Source: Octopus sinensis
Taxonomy: Eukaryota
Assembly (NCBI RefSeq): GCF_006345805.1
Contig: NC_042997.1
Coordinates: 160,270,001-160,334,000, forward strand
Direction of reading: 5' to 3'
DNA length: 64,000 nt
Both the position numbers and the translations under genes were made by a program. The notes below the pieces were generated by a model. It ran no database searches, was not told the DNA's origin, and was given only the letters and a program-made list of their open reading frames with translations. Positions 53,300-64,000 of the stretch are shown one piece after another; the first letter of the stretch is position 1; every line of letters starts with the position of its first letter.

Positions 53300-56200
53300 A
53301 CCAGACAGAATTTTCATAAGGGATTGTCTGAGCGCGAGAGTGTCGGTGGAGGGACGGCGGCGGCCTAGATGTTACAAATGTGGTGAGAAAGATCACGTCG
53401 CTCCGAGTGCGAGAAAGTAAAAAAGCTGACGCAGAAGAAAGAAGTGGTCCCTCCCCAACTGGAAAAAAATGCGAAAGAAGAAAAAATCAAATCGGCGGAA
53501 GAAACAAGTAAAACCAAAAAAAGTTAAGAAAAAGAGAAACCAAAAGAAAGAGTAAAAGAGAAAGAAACAACAGAACAAATGGAGCATGCAGTAGTAACTC
53601 ATAAAAGGAAAAAATCCCTTGGCTCTGACTCCCCACCTTACACTGCTAAAATTATTTTAGTACCAATGGCTACACCAGATGGAAAAGATACTGGAGGAGG
53701 GGAAGACGAAAGTCGTGAAGCCCCTCCCTCAAACCTAAAAGAAAAACAAGGTAAACAACAATAATTTTTATCACGATGATTAAGTTAGGGTGTATAAATG
53801 TGCGTGGCCTGGGTTCGAAATGGAAGCATACAAGCTTCCTAGACGACCTCAGGTCACGGAAGATAGATATATGTGTAGTGACTGAGTCCAAGCTGAACGG
53901 GCCACAGGCGTTCTCTCCTCTTCAGAATGCCTACGAAAAGTTTATTTCTCCGAGTCAAGGAAGGAGTAGGGACGTTGTGGTGCTGGTCAAAAAAAGCTTG
54001 GACGTACAGGTAAGTACAGTCTTTCTAGACCCAGAAGGTAGGCTGGTCGTTCTAGATGTGGCACATGTGAGTAAGCAGTCCTTCAGGTTGGTGGCAGTCT
54101 ATGCTCCAAAAGAGGATAGTCAAACGGTCTTTATTAAGGACTTTGAGAATTTCCTAATGACGTCGAAAACTTTAGTTTTAACAGGAGACTTCAACACTAT
54201 TCTCAACGTGGATAGTGTAGGCTCGAATAATAGAAAAGGAATCCCTGGCCTAAAAAGGCTACTAGCGAGGTATAAACTAGTAGAGCGCTACAGACTGGAT
54301 GAACCGCTCGTTTCACAGTGGACGTGGTCTAATAACGATGGTTCACCCAGGTCTTACTTAGATAGGGTTATAATAAAAGATATTGACAGAGATATAGGTA
54401 GTTGTCCACATTTTCACTGTGACTCTTACACGGATCACACAATTGTGACGTGTGAGGTGCAGTTAGCTAAGTGTCATAGACAGGGACCCGGGGACTGGAA
54501 GTAGAACAAGTCTATTTTGACTAGTAAAGTCTTCCGTACCAGAGTTAAGGAGTTAGTACAGAGGGCATTATGCGGAGCTGTCGTAAACAACATATGGTGA
54601 TGCGCCCTCAAACGAGCCATTCGTTTAGAGTCACTTAGATTTAGTAAAGAGCTAAATTTAGAGGGAACTAGATTAGAAGGGCAGTTAACTAAGGAATTAG
54701 AGGAGGCCATAGCATCAGGCTCTGCATCCAGAGTGTTGGCGGCGAAAACGGTATTATTCCGGCACCCCCAAGCCAAACATGAAGGGTGTAGAGTCAGGGC
54801 TAAGTTACGCGCGGTGGGCAGAGAAGGCATTGACGTTGCTGGATTGGCCCGTCGTGTGGAGAGTCGGAGAGGCAGAGAAGCCGTTGTACAGTCTTTAATT
54901 GACGAACAGGGTAGCTTGATCGAAGGACAAGAGGAGATGCAGAAGGCCTTTCATCAACATTTCGCCCGATTGTTTGGGACGAGCGAGGCGTTGGACCATG
55001 GAGAGCCCTTAAGGGAATTCCTGGCCGACAGACCGCGACTCTCGGCGAGTGAGCCGAGGTGCTGTGAAGGGTCTATCACGGCTGCGGAGGTCGAAGAGGT
55101 GCTGGCCGAATGTGCTTGGGACAAGTCGCCAGGGCTGGATGGTCTGCCCTACGAGTTTTACAGTAGTATGCCGGACTTGTTCGGACACATGCTGGCTTGC
55201 GTGTACACGAGCTGGCAGCAGAATGGGAGAAATCCCAGTTCTGTGAGTCGGGGAGTGGTAACACTGGTCAGAAAAGACCCTAAATGTAGAGTTAAAGATT
55301 TTGGCCAAGGTGCTAGCAAAAAGGTTGACGGTTGTCGCGGAGAAACTTGTCGGGAAGGCGCAAACATTTGCCATGCCTGGTAGGTCGATCCAGAAGAATC
55401 TTCATCTCTTATGTTACACCTTAGACAGGGTGGGTAAAGTTTCCGGTAAAGGTGGGGCGCTGGTCCATTTAGACCAGAGTAAAGCCTTCGATAGGGTTTA
55501 CCATCGGTGTCTGGCGGTAGTCCTTGGGGCGGCTGGGCTGGGCCCAGTATTCCGCCGTTGGATCAAGGCCATTTACGACGGCATCAAACCCACAGTTCAG
55601 TTGAACGCTTTCCTGTCGGAACCGTTCGAAATCAAGCGTTCAGTTCGTCAAAGGTGCCCTCTGTCTCCGCTTCGGTATGTACTGACTCTCGAGCCATTGC
55701 TGCGGAAGTTGGAGAAGTTGGGAAGCACCACTAATGAAATCGGATGTGGTAAGAGTGTCTCTGCACAGGCGGATGACGTCACCATCACCGCATCTAAGAT
55801 GACTCAGCTACTTCGTGTAGCGGAGGCAATCAGAAAATACGAGACGGTGGCAGGAGCAAAAGTTAACGGCTCGGTACCTGGAGCAGCAAGCCGATGACGT
55901 CCAGTGTCGTGGGGCACAGGACGGATGGTCCTGTTAAGTTGCTTGGAGTCTGATTTGGTCCAGGCTCCCAGACGGAGAAGATTTGGAGTGAGGTGACGAA
56001 CAAGAGAGAAGCGCTAACCCGGACCTGGTCCAGACAGCGCTGTCCTTGAAAGGAGGGTGGAGGTGGTGCAGACGTTTATTGCGTCTGTTACCGCCTGACC
56101 GTCGTTCCTTGCCCCGATTTGTGGCTAAACAAGCTGGTTCGAGCTCTCCTCCGCTTTTTATGGAGGGGAAAGCCGCTTGTGAGGCGCTCCGTGTGCTGTC

Positions 56201-57290
56201 AAAGAGTGGCCTAGGGATGCCGTGGCTGCTGATGTGCAAACATGCACTGAGACTAAGGCATCTCTGGCTTCACCTGGATGGTAGTCAGGTGTGGAATTCG
56301 CTCGCAGGGGAATTCTTTCCACGACCAGCCTCCCTGGAGGAATTTAAACCTGGTTTGATTAAAAGACAAAACACGACTGAATGGCAAAAGGAATGTCGGC
56401 AGGCGCTTGCACTAATCTTCAAGGCGGGTAAGGCCGGCAGCGAAAATACCACCTCTGCATTTTACAAAGGGTTGGTAGAGTTTAAAAGTGACGACGTTCT
56501 AGGAGAGACTCTGGGACTCGATAAGGACCAGCTATCCAACCGGTTTCGGAACACTTTCGGGGTAGGGTATTTGGACAATTACCAAAGATTCCTGACCTGG
56601 CAGTGTTTCAGGAACGCGTCACCTGTTTGCGAGAAATTGTCTAGGCACGGGATTTCAGTGCCACCCGAATGTCCAAGATGCGGGCAGGATAAGGAATCTA
56701 TCCTGCACGCTCTTGTACAATGCACCCAGCTTTCGGAGATGACAATTTACGTAGAACACGTGTTGTCACATTTAGGAAGAGTACAGCTATCAGCTGAGTT
56801 TGTTATTAAGAATGTACCGCCCACCGGATTATCTAAGGAAGGTGAGGCTTGTTTTCTATGTACAGTCGCAGTTATGAAAGAGTGTGCATGGAGAACTAGA
56901 ATGCAAGGTTTGACGTCAGGACCTTCATCTCCGGCTCTGGAATCCTATATTACTACAGGTACCACCTGAAAAGCAAGATAGGGCTGGAGAGAAGGCACCT
57001 TTCAAAAAGAGCATATGAAGAAAGATAGAAAGATGTGGTAAGGAAGTTGGGAGTGAGTGCTCCTACTTAACTCATCCATGGTAAAAAGAAAAGGTGTAGC
57101 CGTTGGAACTTTAAAAAAAAATTGGAACTTAAAAAAGCTAAAAAGAAGGAACATCAAAATTTAAAAAAAACCTATTATATAAGTCATTTTTATTTATTTT
57201 CATTAAAAAATCGCTAAATAACCCTTTTAAATGTTTGTAGTGTCCTCTGTTGTTCCTTCTATGTTTGATTGTTTTTATCGTAATAAAGAG
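53300..57290 (+). mobile_element. Tx1-type LINE: ORF1 zinc-knuckle remnant, APE endonuclease, RT, C-terminal zinc finger; disabled
   Basis: CYKCGEKDH near 53370; INVRGL, TGDFN, YLDR, TDH (53776-54504); SPGLDGLPYEFY, LDQSKAFDRV, CPLSP, ADD; CPRCG..ESILHALVQC; AATAAA near 57283. Confidence 0.88.
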
Positions 57291-57310
57291 AATTGCTGGG
57301 TTCGGCTACA

Positions 57311-57351
57311 CCACATTGATAAAAGGCAAACACCTCGAAACTATTCTGTGG
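57311..57351 (+). ncRNA. Degenerate minimal hammerhead motif
   Basis: CCACA-TTGATAA-AAGG caaaca CCTC-GAAA-CTAT-TC-TGTGG. Perfect 5-bp stem I, U3/A8 core, one stem II mismatch, stem III one change from palindrome ACTAGT. Confidence 0.65.
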
Positions 57352-57533
57352 ATGAAGCTGCAAGGAGAAGCTGCTGACTTCCCCTGTTCGAAGGTTTTAA
57401 TGGACACAGGTTTGTGTCACATAGCTAGCTAGAGGCGATGACCTCTTGGAGCTAATCAACGGCAGCATTCGTCCAATTTTTCTGGACTGCCATATTAGCT
57501 TGGCGATAACTATTAATATACATTACAGTTGCC

Positions 57534-58160
57534 CTAGTCTCCTTTAGAGAGAATTAGAAATAATAATATCTCTATCAATAATTTTCTTATATTCTTCTTC
57601 GGTCTGAAGGCTACAATAGGTGGCTGAGGAAATATCTGTTTGAAACAAGGATATTTTTTCGCCACATGCTGGTAATTTTCATGCAACTCTTTTGAAATGC
57701 CAGCGAAATTTCGGTGCCAGTTAATCACTGAATGAATTCTGCCATCTATTGATTGTGTTTGCTAAAATTATGCGTGAAGGTTTGACTCTCTTTGCTAATC
57801 TCAGATAATTCATTTGCTATTTCCTTTAATCGTGATTCACTGTAACCACGTTTGGCATAATGATATACAAAAGTATTTGCATGTTTCCAGTAATCCCCTA
57901 TGTCAGTACAAATCCGTTTTATCCTCAAAAATTGGTATTTCGGATTTGACCGATTAATATGATGTGGACGATTGGAGCGGCGGTGGATATATGTAGAGAT
58001 TCTCATTTGATGTACGCGGCAGAATGCACGAAAAACAACTTGATTTATGTTGGTTGTACAACAGAACAATTAAACAAAAGGTTTAATGGGCACATATTCG
58101 ACGTCAGACACAGTAACAGTAGTTCAACGGAACTTGCCGAACATTTCGTTTCAAGCGTCT
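57534..58160. pseudogene. Penelope-like fragment with internal strand switch at about 57960
   Basis: Minus strand: QFLRIKRICT, AKRGY, IFPQPPIVAFR..KNIRKLLI (RT thumb/linker). Plus strand: LMYAAECTK..LIYVGCT..QLNKRFNGH (GIY-YIG). Confidence 0.8.
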
Positions 58161-58169
58161 GTTTATGTT

Positions 58170-59570
58170 TGCTTTAGGGTGTAGTGCCCCATGCAGCCTC
58201 GTCAACTTTCTCGTCCTTCTATCCAGTGTTGATATTTCCTCCTTTTTGATACGCCTCGCTGACCTTGACTTTTATTTCTCTGTGTAGAATGTCATCCATC
58301 TCCAAAATCCCTAAATATCTATACCCACTACCGTCGGGTTCACCCATGGTCTCTCCTGATGGTAACTTCACTCCTCTGCAGGCTGCTTTCTTCCCTCTTT
58401 CCATATTAAGTACTGAGCATTTGGTAATCCCAAATTTCATACCGATGTCCCAACCACACTTCTGGACTGTTTTGGTTAAGAACCCTATCTGTTTTTCAAT
58501 TTTCCCAAATAATTTCAGGTCATCCATAAACAGAAGATGGTTGAATGATTGGCCTTTCTTCATCACATCGGTAACCCTTCTTACGTTTCCTAAGTGTCAT
58601 TGTTATGGGTATTAGTGCAATGATAAAAAAAAGTAACGGTGAAAACGAGTCACCTTGCAAGATTCCCATTTTAATATTAACTTCTCCAAGGAATACACTA
58701 CCTGAGTACAATTTGGTTTTCTACTTTTTCCTGCTAGGCATCAGAAAATTTGTGACATTGTCTGCAACACCGAACATCTGCAGGCATTCAACGGTCCAAA
58801 AATAAGGCACCATATCATGTGCCTTCTTAAAGTCAATCCAAGGCTTAGACATGTTTGTATGATGTTTTTTACAATGCCTCAAAACTGCTTAATCGAAGAC
58901 CAGGTGATACTTGGTACCCTGAGAACTCTTCCTACATCATTTTTGTTCTATTGGTAGTGTTTCTTCCTGTGCCAGGAAAGTGTATGTCTTTGCCTCACAT
59001 ATTCCTGTGAGTATCTTCCAGATTATGTTTAAGCATGCTATTGGACGGTACTTTCCTACAATATTCCCCTTTCTTCTATCTTCCTTTACCAGTGTTGTCC
59101 TCTCAGTCACCATCCACGCGGGGACTGTACCTATCTGGATACACTCATTTAATTGGGCGTCTAGTCTTTCATGCATCGCGTGGTTTCTCTTCTGCCAGAA
59201 GCCATGAATCCTATCTGGTCCGGCGGGGTTTCCAGTTAGGCACTTTACTCACTTGTTCTTTCACATCACCCGTGCTTATGATAATATTCCTTTGTTTCTT
59301 TCCTTCTTGTAATTCTGTCTTGATAGTTCCTAACCACATTGCATCACTTTTATGCACCCCGTCGTTTCCCCATAATCCACTCCAGCATTTCTTGGCTTGA
59401 TTTGCATCAGGAACAACATTTCCCACATTGTCTCCCTCTTACGTTAGGAAGAATTGCTTCGGGTTATTCTTGAGCAATCTGTTCTCGAACTGCTTATTTC
59501 TGTTCACAAATCTTCTGATCCTCTGGCTTTTTGCATTGAACCTCTGTTTTAACAGCTCTATTACTGCATC
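58170..59570 (-). mobile_element. R4/Dong-like LINE RT fragment abutting (TAA)n
   Basis: KYRPIACLN, GILQGDSFSPLLF, HLLFMDDLKLF, YRYLGIL. Confidence 0.85.
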
Positions 59571-59596
59571 AAATAATAATAATAATGATAATAATG

Positions 59597-59681
<85 letters not shown>

Positions 59682-60639
59682 GGAAGGCGGCTGGACGTGA
59701 CAGAGGATGGACGTATTTTTACGATGCCCTGAAATGGCAACAGCGAACCCAGCAGGTCAACTGTAGAAAACTGGAAGATCTACTGTTTACTGTAAGTAAT
59801 TTGAATTACCCTCAAAATAAGTAAAAAAAAAAAAAACTTACATATCTACAGCTCATACAAACGTACACCTAACAAGAAAAATTAGAAACATAAATATCTC
59901 CAATTCTGTGTGAACATTTACATTTAGTCGTCTCTCATGACTATAAGAATGTGTAAAATTGCCTTTTAAATTACCTTTTATTGTAACAACACAATTAAAT
60001 GCACGATAAAAAGTTATGGAATTAAGCACCTACTACTATATACATACAACTGAATTCAGAAATTTAAAAATATATACATAACATTGAACTCAGAAAGTTA
60101 TTTAAAAAAAGAAAAAAAAATCTTCGACGAAAACATCAGATATGTGTGAGTGAATATACATATATATACATATACATATGCATGTGGTGAAGAAGAAAAG
60201 AGAAAGGAAAAAAAAAAATAAATAAATAAATAAACGTAAACAGGTTTGACCTTTTACTGACCATTAACGTCCTTTGTCTCCACCATCTACCGTAGCTATT
60301 TATATACCCAAAGAACATGAATTCTTTAACCACCCATTCTCCAACACAATGGAGTGTTGATGGTGGCTGTGGCTACACATAAAACAATGTCATTGAAGAT
60401 GATGATGGTGATGGTGATGTTGCTGATGATGGTGATGGTGGTGAAGATGATAGTAATAACAATAATAACTGACAGATCCCGTCTTTTTCCCTTTCTTTTC
60501 GTTTCCTTCTCCGTATTTTATTCTCATTATTTCGAACTAATACAGACACAGTAAGCCTTGAAGAAAGGAAGAGGAGGAAAGGAAAAAAAAAAAAAAAAAA
60601 AAAAATGTCCGGAGATAAAACTATCAACAAAAAAAATAC

Positions 60640-63600
60640 AGACGAATATAGATCTGCTAGTCTTAAGAAGCGGCGCTATGAGCAATGCTTACATGTAGTG
60701 AACCCTAAACTGACAGATCCATCTCCTAATATAAGAATGGATGCTCGTCATGCTTCAAGGTCAACAAATCAAACAATAAACCGCATTGGTCACTGCGCGG
60801 ATTACAAAAGACCACGTAACCGAAAATTGAACCAAATCCTGATTGAAAAATCAGTTACTGGATCAAATCTTCCCAACACACAGGAGCTGGACGAACCCCA
60901 CAACCGGAATATTCCAACAGATGGCCATCCATGCTCATCACCAAATAATCAAAAGAAAAAGAAGGAAAAATGGTCTAGGGAAGATAATAAAGAAGTTCTT
61001 GAGGCCTTCTACCATGCCATATATTTCCCCACAGATAAGTCTAGCACTGTACAAGCATACTTAAACTGGAGACAGAAACACCCTGAAGTAAGACCCTACA
61101 TAGACAGTAACAATCTTGCCAATGTTAGAAGAAACATTATAAAAAAGAAATTACTGACTGAAGTAGAGATTGATCAGGTTAGACAAGCAATATCGGATAA
61201 AATGAACGAAGCTGCAGCTAGAGAAGATAATACAGAGGAAATGATTATAGACCAGCCCAGGGCGGATAAAAACGAAGAGAGGATTGAAAGAGTTAGTATA
61301 AGTGATAGGCAAAGTGAAATACGCCCTGAACCAATCATAAACACTAAGACAGATGAGCATCAAATAGATAAAGAAAGTCACACAAATATTGACCCAACAG
61401 AACTACATGAGCTAAAAAATCAAATCATGATTGAATGGCTGAAAATTAAAGAAACCAGCATGGATGAGCGTGATACACTTCCTAAAATCCGCAACTCTAA
61501 CCAAAACATGAAAATAATCGGTAAAATCCGGCTTGCAATTAAGGATATAATTTCAGTTAATGATGTTGATATCACAAACCTCAACCACCTATACTATGCA
61601 TCCGCGAAAATCTCAACGATCCTATGTGGTGTAAAGATTAGAAAACGGCAACAGTCCCACAAAAAGCCTTCTTGGCAAGAGCGTCTGCAACAACAAATTA
61701 AAATATTTAGATCTGACATTGAATATTTGAAAAACCTTAAGGCTCACAAGATTACCAAACCTACAAAAACCCAAAAATTACTGAAAAAATACAATATGAA
61801 AACTATACTTGATATTGATGCCACCATAGAAACCATCAAACAAAAGGTATCTGCCAAAGCTGCCCGCATAGCAAGGTATGAAAAGCGTGTTAGATTTTTC
61901 AAGGACAACAACATGTTCAAAAATAACACCAAGAATTTTTACAGGAAGATAGGAAAAACAGCGTTTACTGCAGGGTCTGTACCATCAAAAGAAGAAGTGC
62001 AGAGATTTTGGAATAAAATCTGGGCAGAAGAAAAAACACACAACGAAAAGGTCCCCTGGATTGACAGAATATCTACAGAACTGGACCCCTTAGAAGAGCA
62101 AAAGTGGGAGGGTGTCAAGGTAGAAGATATAAGATCTGCTCTCAGGAGGTCAAGCAAATGGAAGTCTCCAGGAAAGGATAAAATTCCTAACTTCTGGCTG
62201 AATGCCTTCCCAGAGAGCCATGAACTGCTAACAGAACTGTACAATGATGTTTTGCAACACCCTAGTAGGATGCCTCCTTGGCTAGTTAATGGGTTAACAT
62301 TCCTGCTTCCAAAAAGTGAAGAAACAAATGAACCAAAAAACTATAGACCCATAACCTGCTTAACAACTATGTACAAAACACTAACATCTGTCATGACGGA
62401 ATATACCTATAGTTTTTTAACAGACAGCAGCATATTCCCTAATGAACAGAAATGATGTAAACGTGGATCCTACGGCTGTAAAGACCAACTACTCATCAAT
62501 AAGATGATCTTAGAAGATTGTCACAAACGACACAAAAACTTATCAATAGCCTGGATAGACTATAAAAAGGCTTTTGATAGCCTACCACATAGCTGGATTA
62601 GGAAATGCCTTGAAATGTATAAGATAGCACCAACACTGCGAAACTTCTTGACTGTAAGTATGAGATCATGGAGAACCACACTAACTCTGAACAGTGACAG
62701 TGAATCCCTAAATGCTGGTGATGTAAAAATTTCGTGTGGCATTTTCCAGGGTGACTCACTGTCACCACTCCTCTTTTGTTTATCCTTAATACCTCTCTCA
62801 AAGCTGCTCAATGATGCGCAGTACGGGTATAAAATGTTTGATAAAAATATAAATCATCTCGTTTACATGGATGATTTAAAGCTTTTTGCAAAAATGATCA
62901 ACAACTCAAGGGCTTACTAGCGATAGTCAAACAATTCAGTGACGACATCAGAATGCAATTCGGCCTCGATAAATGTGCAAAGGCTACCTTTATCAAAGGA
63001 AAAATGACAGAAACATCTAACGTTAACCTTGACCAACAGAATGTCATAAAAGAACTAGACCCAGCGGAGAGCTACAAGTACCTAGGGATAATTGAAGGGA
63101 ACGGAATAAGGCATTCAGAGATGAAGGAAAGGATCAGGAGAGAATGCTATCGAAGAGTGAGAGCAATACTCAAGACAGAGCTGAATGCAAGAAACAGGAT
63201 CGAAGCAATCAATGCATTAGCTATACTAGTCGTGACTTACAGTTTCAATATTGTTAACTGGTCAATTACTGAAATATGTCAGCTCGACAGAAAAATAAGG
63301 AAACTGTTGACAATGCATAGAATGCACCACCCTAAGGCAGATACAGAACGACTCTATCTGCCAAGAAAAGAGGGAGGTCGTGGTCTTTTGCAACTGGCAA
63401 TAACAATGAAGATTGCTACAATTGGCCTAGACACCTACCTGAAAAACTCTGAGGACTGGATGTTAAAACTTGTCTCAAAACATGAAAACAAGAAAGCATC
63501 ATACTCAGTCACAAAACAGGCAAAGGAATATCTAAGTGAATTCCGAATACAACCAATTTCGGAATTAGAGATAGATATACAAGAAACAAGCACAGAAAAA

Positions 63601-64000
63601 GCTAGGCGCATGAAAACCCGTGCCAAAACTGCGGCCTTAGATATTCTGAATAATAAATGGCAAGAAAAACCTCTCTATGGCAAATACCCAAAGAGAGCGA
63701 ATAATGCAGATATCGACAAAGCCCTGACCCATCAATGGCTAATGGCCTCTGGCTTAAAATCTGAAACAGAGGGGTTTATCATAGCAGCTCAAGATGAATG
63801 CCTACCAACAAGAAACTACCAGGCCAACATATTAAAGATCAGAAGCAGTCCAACGTGTCGTGTATGCAAGCAACAAAATGAAACCATTGACCATGTGGTC
63901 TCCAAGTGCAGTCTTCTAGCGCCTACAGAGTATCTCAACAGGCACGATAGAGCTGCACAATATATTCACTGGGTAATCTGTAAAAACCTGGATTTGCCCC
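60640..64000 (+). mobile_element. Relatively young R4/Dong-like single-ORF LINE, runs off the window end
   Basis: Long ORF to 62455 (KSPGKDKIPNFW, NYRPITCL), TGA where EQKGC is expected, then [24 protein letters not shown], a frameshift near 62890, and CRVC..ETIDH. No APE domain. Confidence 0.88.

Noticed and set aside
60651-60720. GATCTG...CAGATC-closed structure near the LINE 5' end as a self-cleaving ribozyme
   Set aside because: I could not fit HDV, twister or hammerhead cores by eye; needs an Infernal search.
60605-62455. 616-aa ORF as a host gene
   Set aside because: It is the N-terminal part of the LINE ORF, with decayed homologs at 41150-41760 and 9100-9240.

Overview
AT-rich, microsatellite- and transposon-saturated animal genomic DNA. 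The repeat style suggests a coleoid cephalopod such as Octopus; this is inferred, not verified. There is one 100-N gap at 20693-20792. The only host genes I can support are two convergent copies of a spliced lectin gene. Copy A (+) has exons 4880-5228, 13633-13812 and 19254-19492 and encodes 255 aa: signal peptide/anchor, PAN/apple-like domain, C-type lectin domain. Copy B (-) has exons 38117-37938 and 36367-36135; I did not find its exon 1 in the window. By manual comparison, the sugar-binding exon 3 is much more diverged between copies (about 70% nt, 49% aa) than sampled intron stretches (about 90-97%). The rest is nested mobile DNA: mariners (one with an intact 350-aa DD34D transposase), tRNA-derived SINEs, Penelope-like elements in (TA)n tracts with inverted pLTR ends and minimal hammerhead ribozyme motifs, (TAA)n-associated R4/Dong-type LINEs, Tx1-type LINEs, a Helitron 3' end, a hAT-like relic and many fold-back repeats. 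All identities were counted by hand and are approximate.
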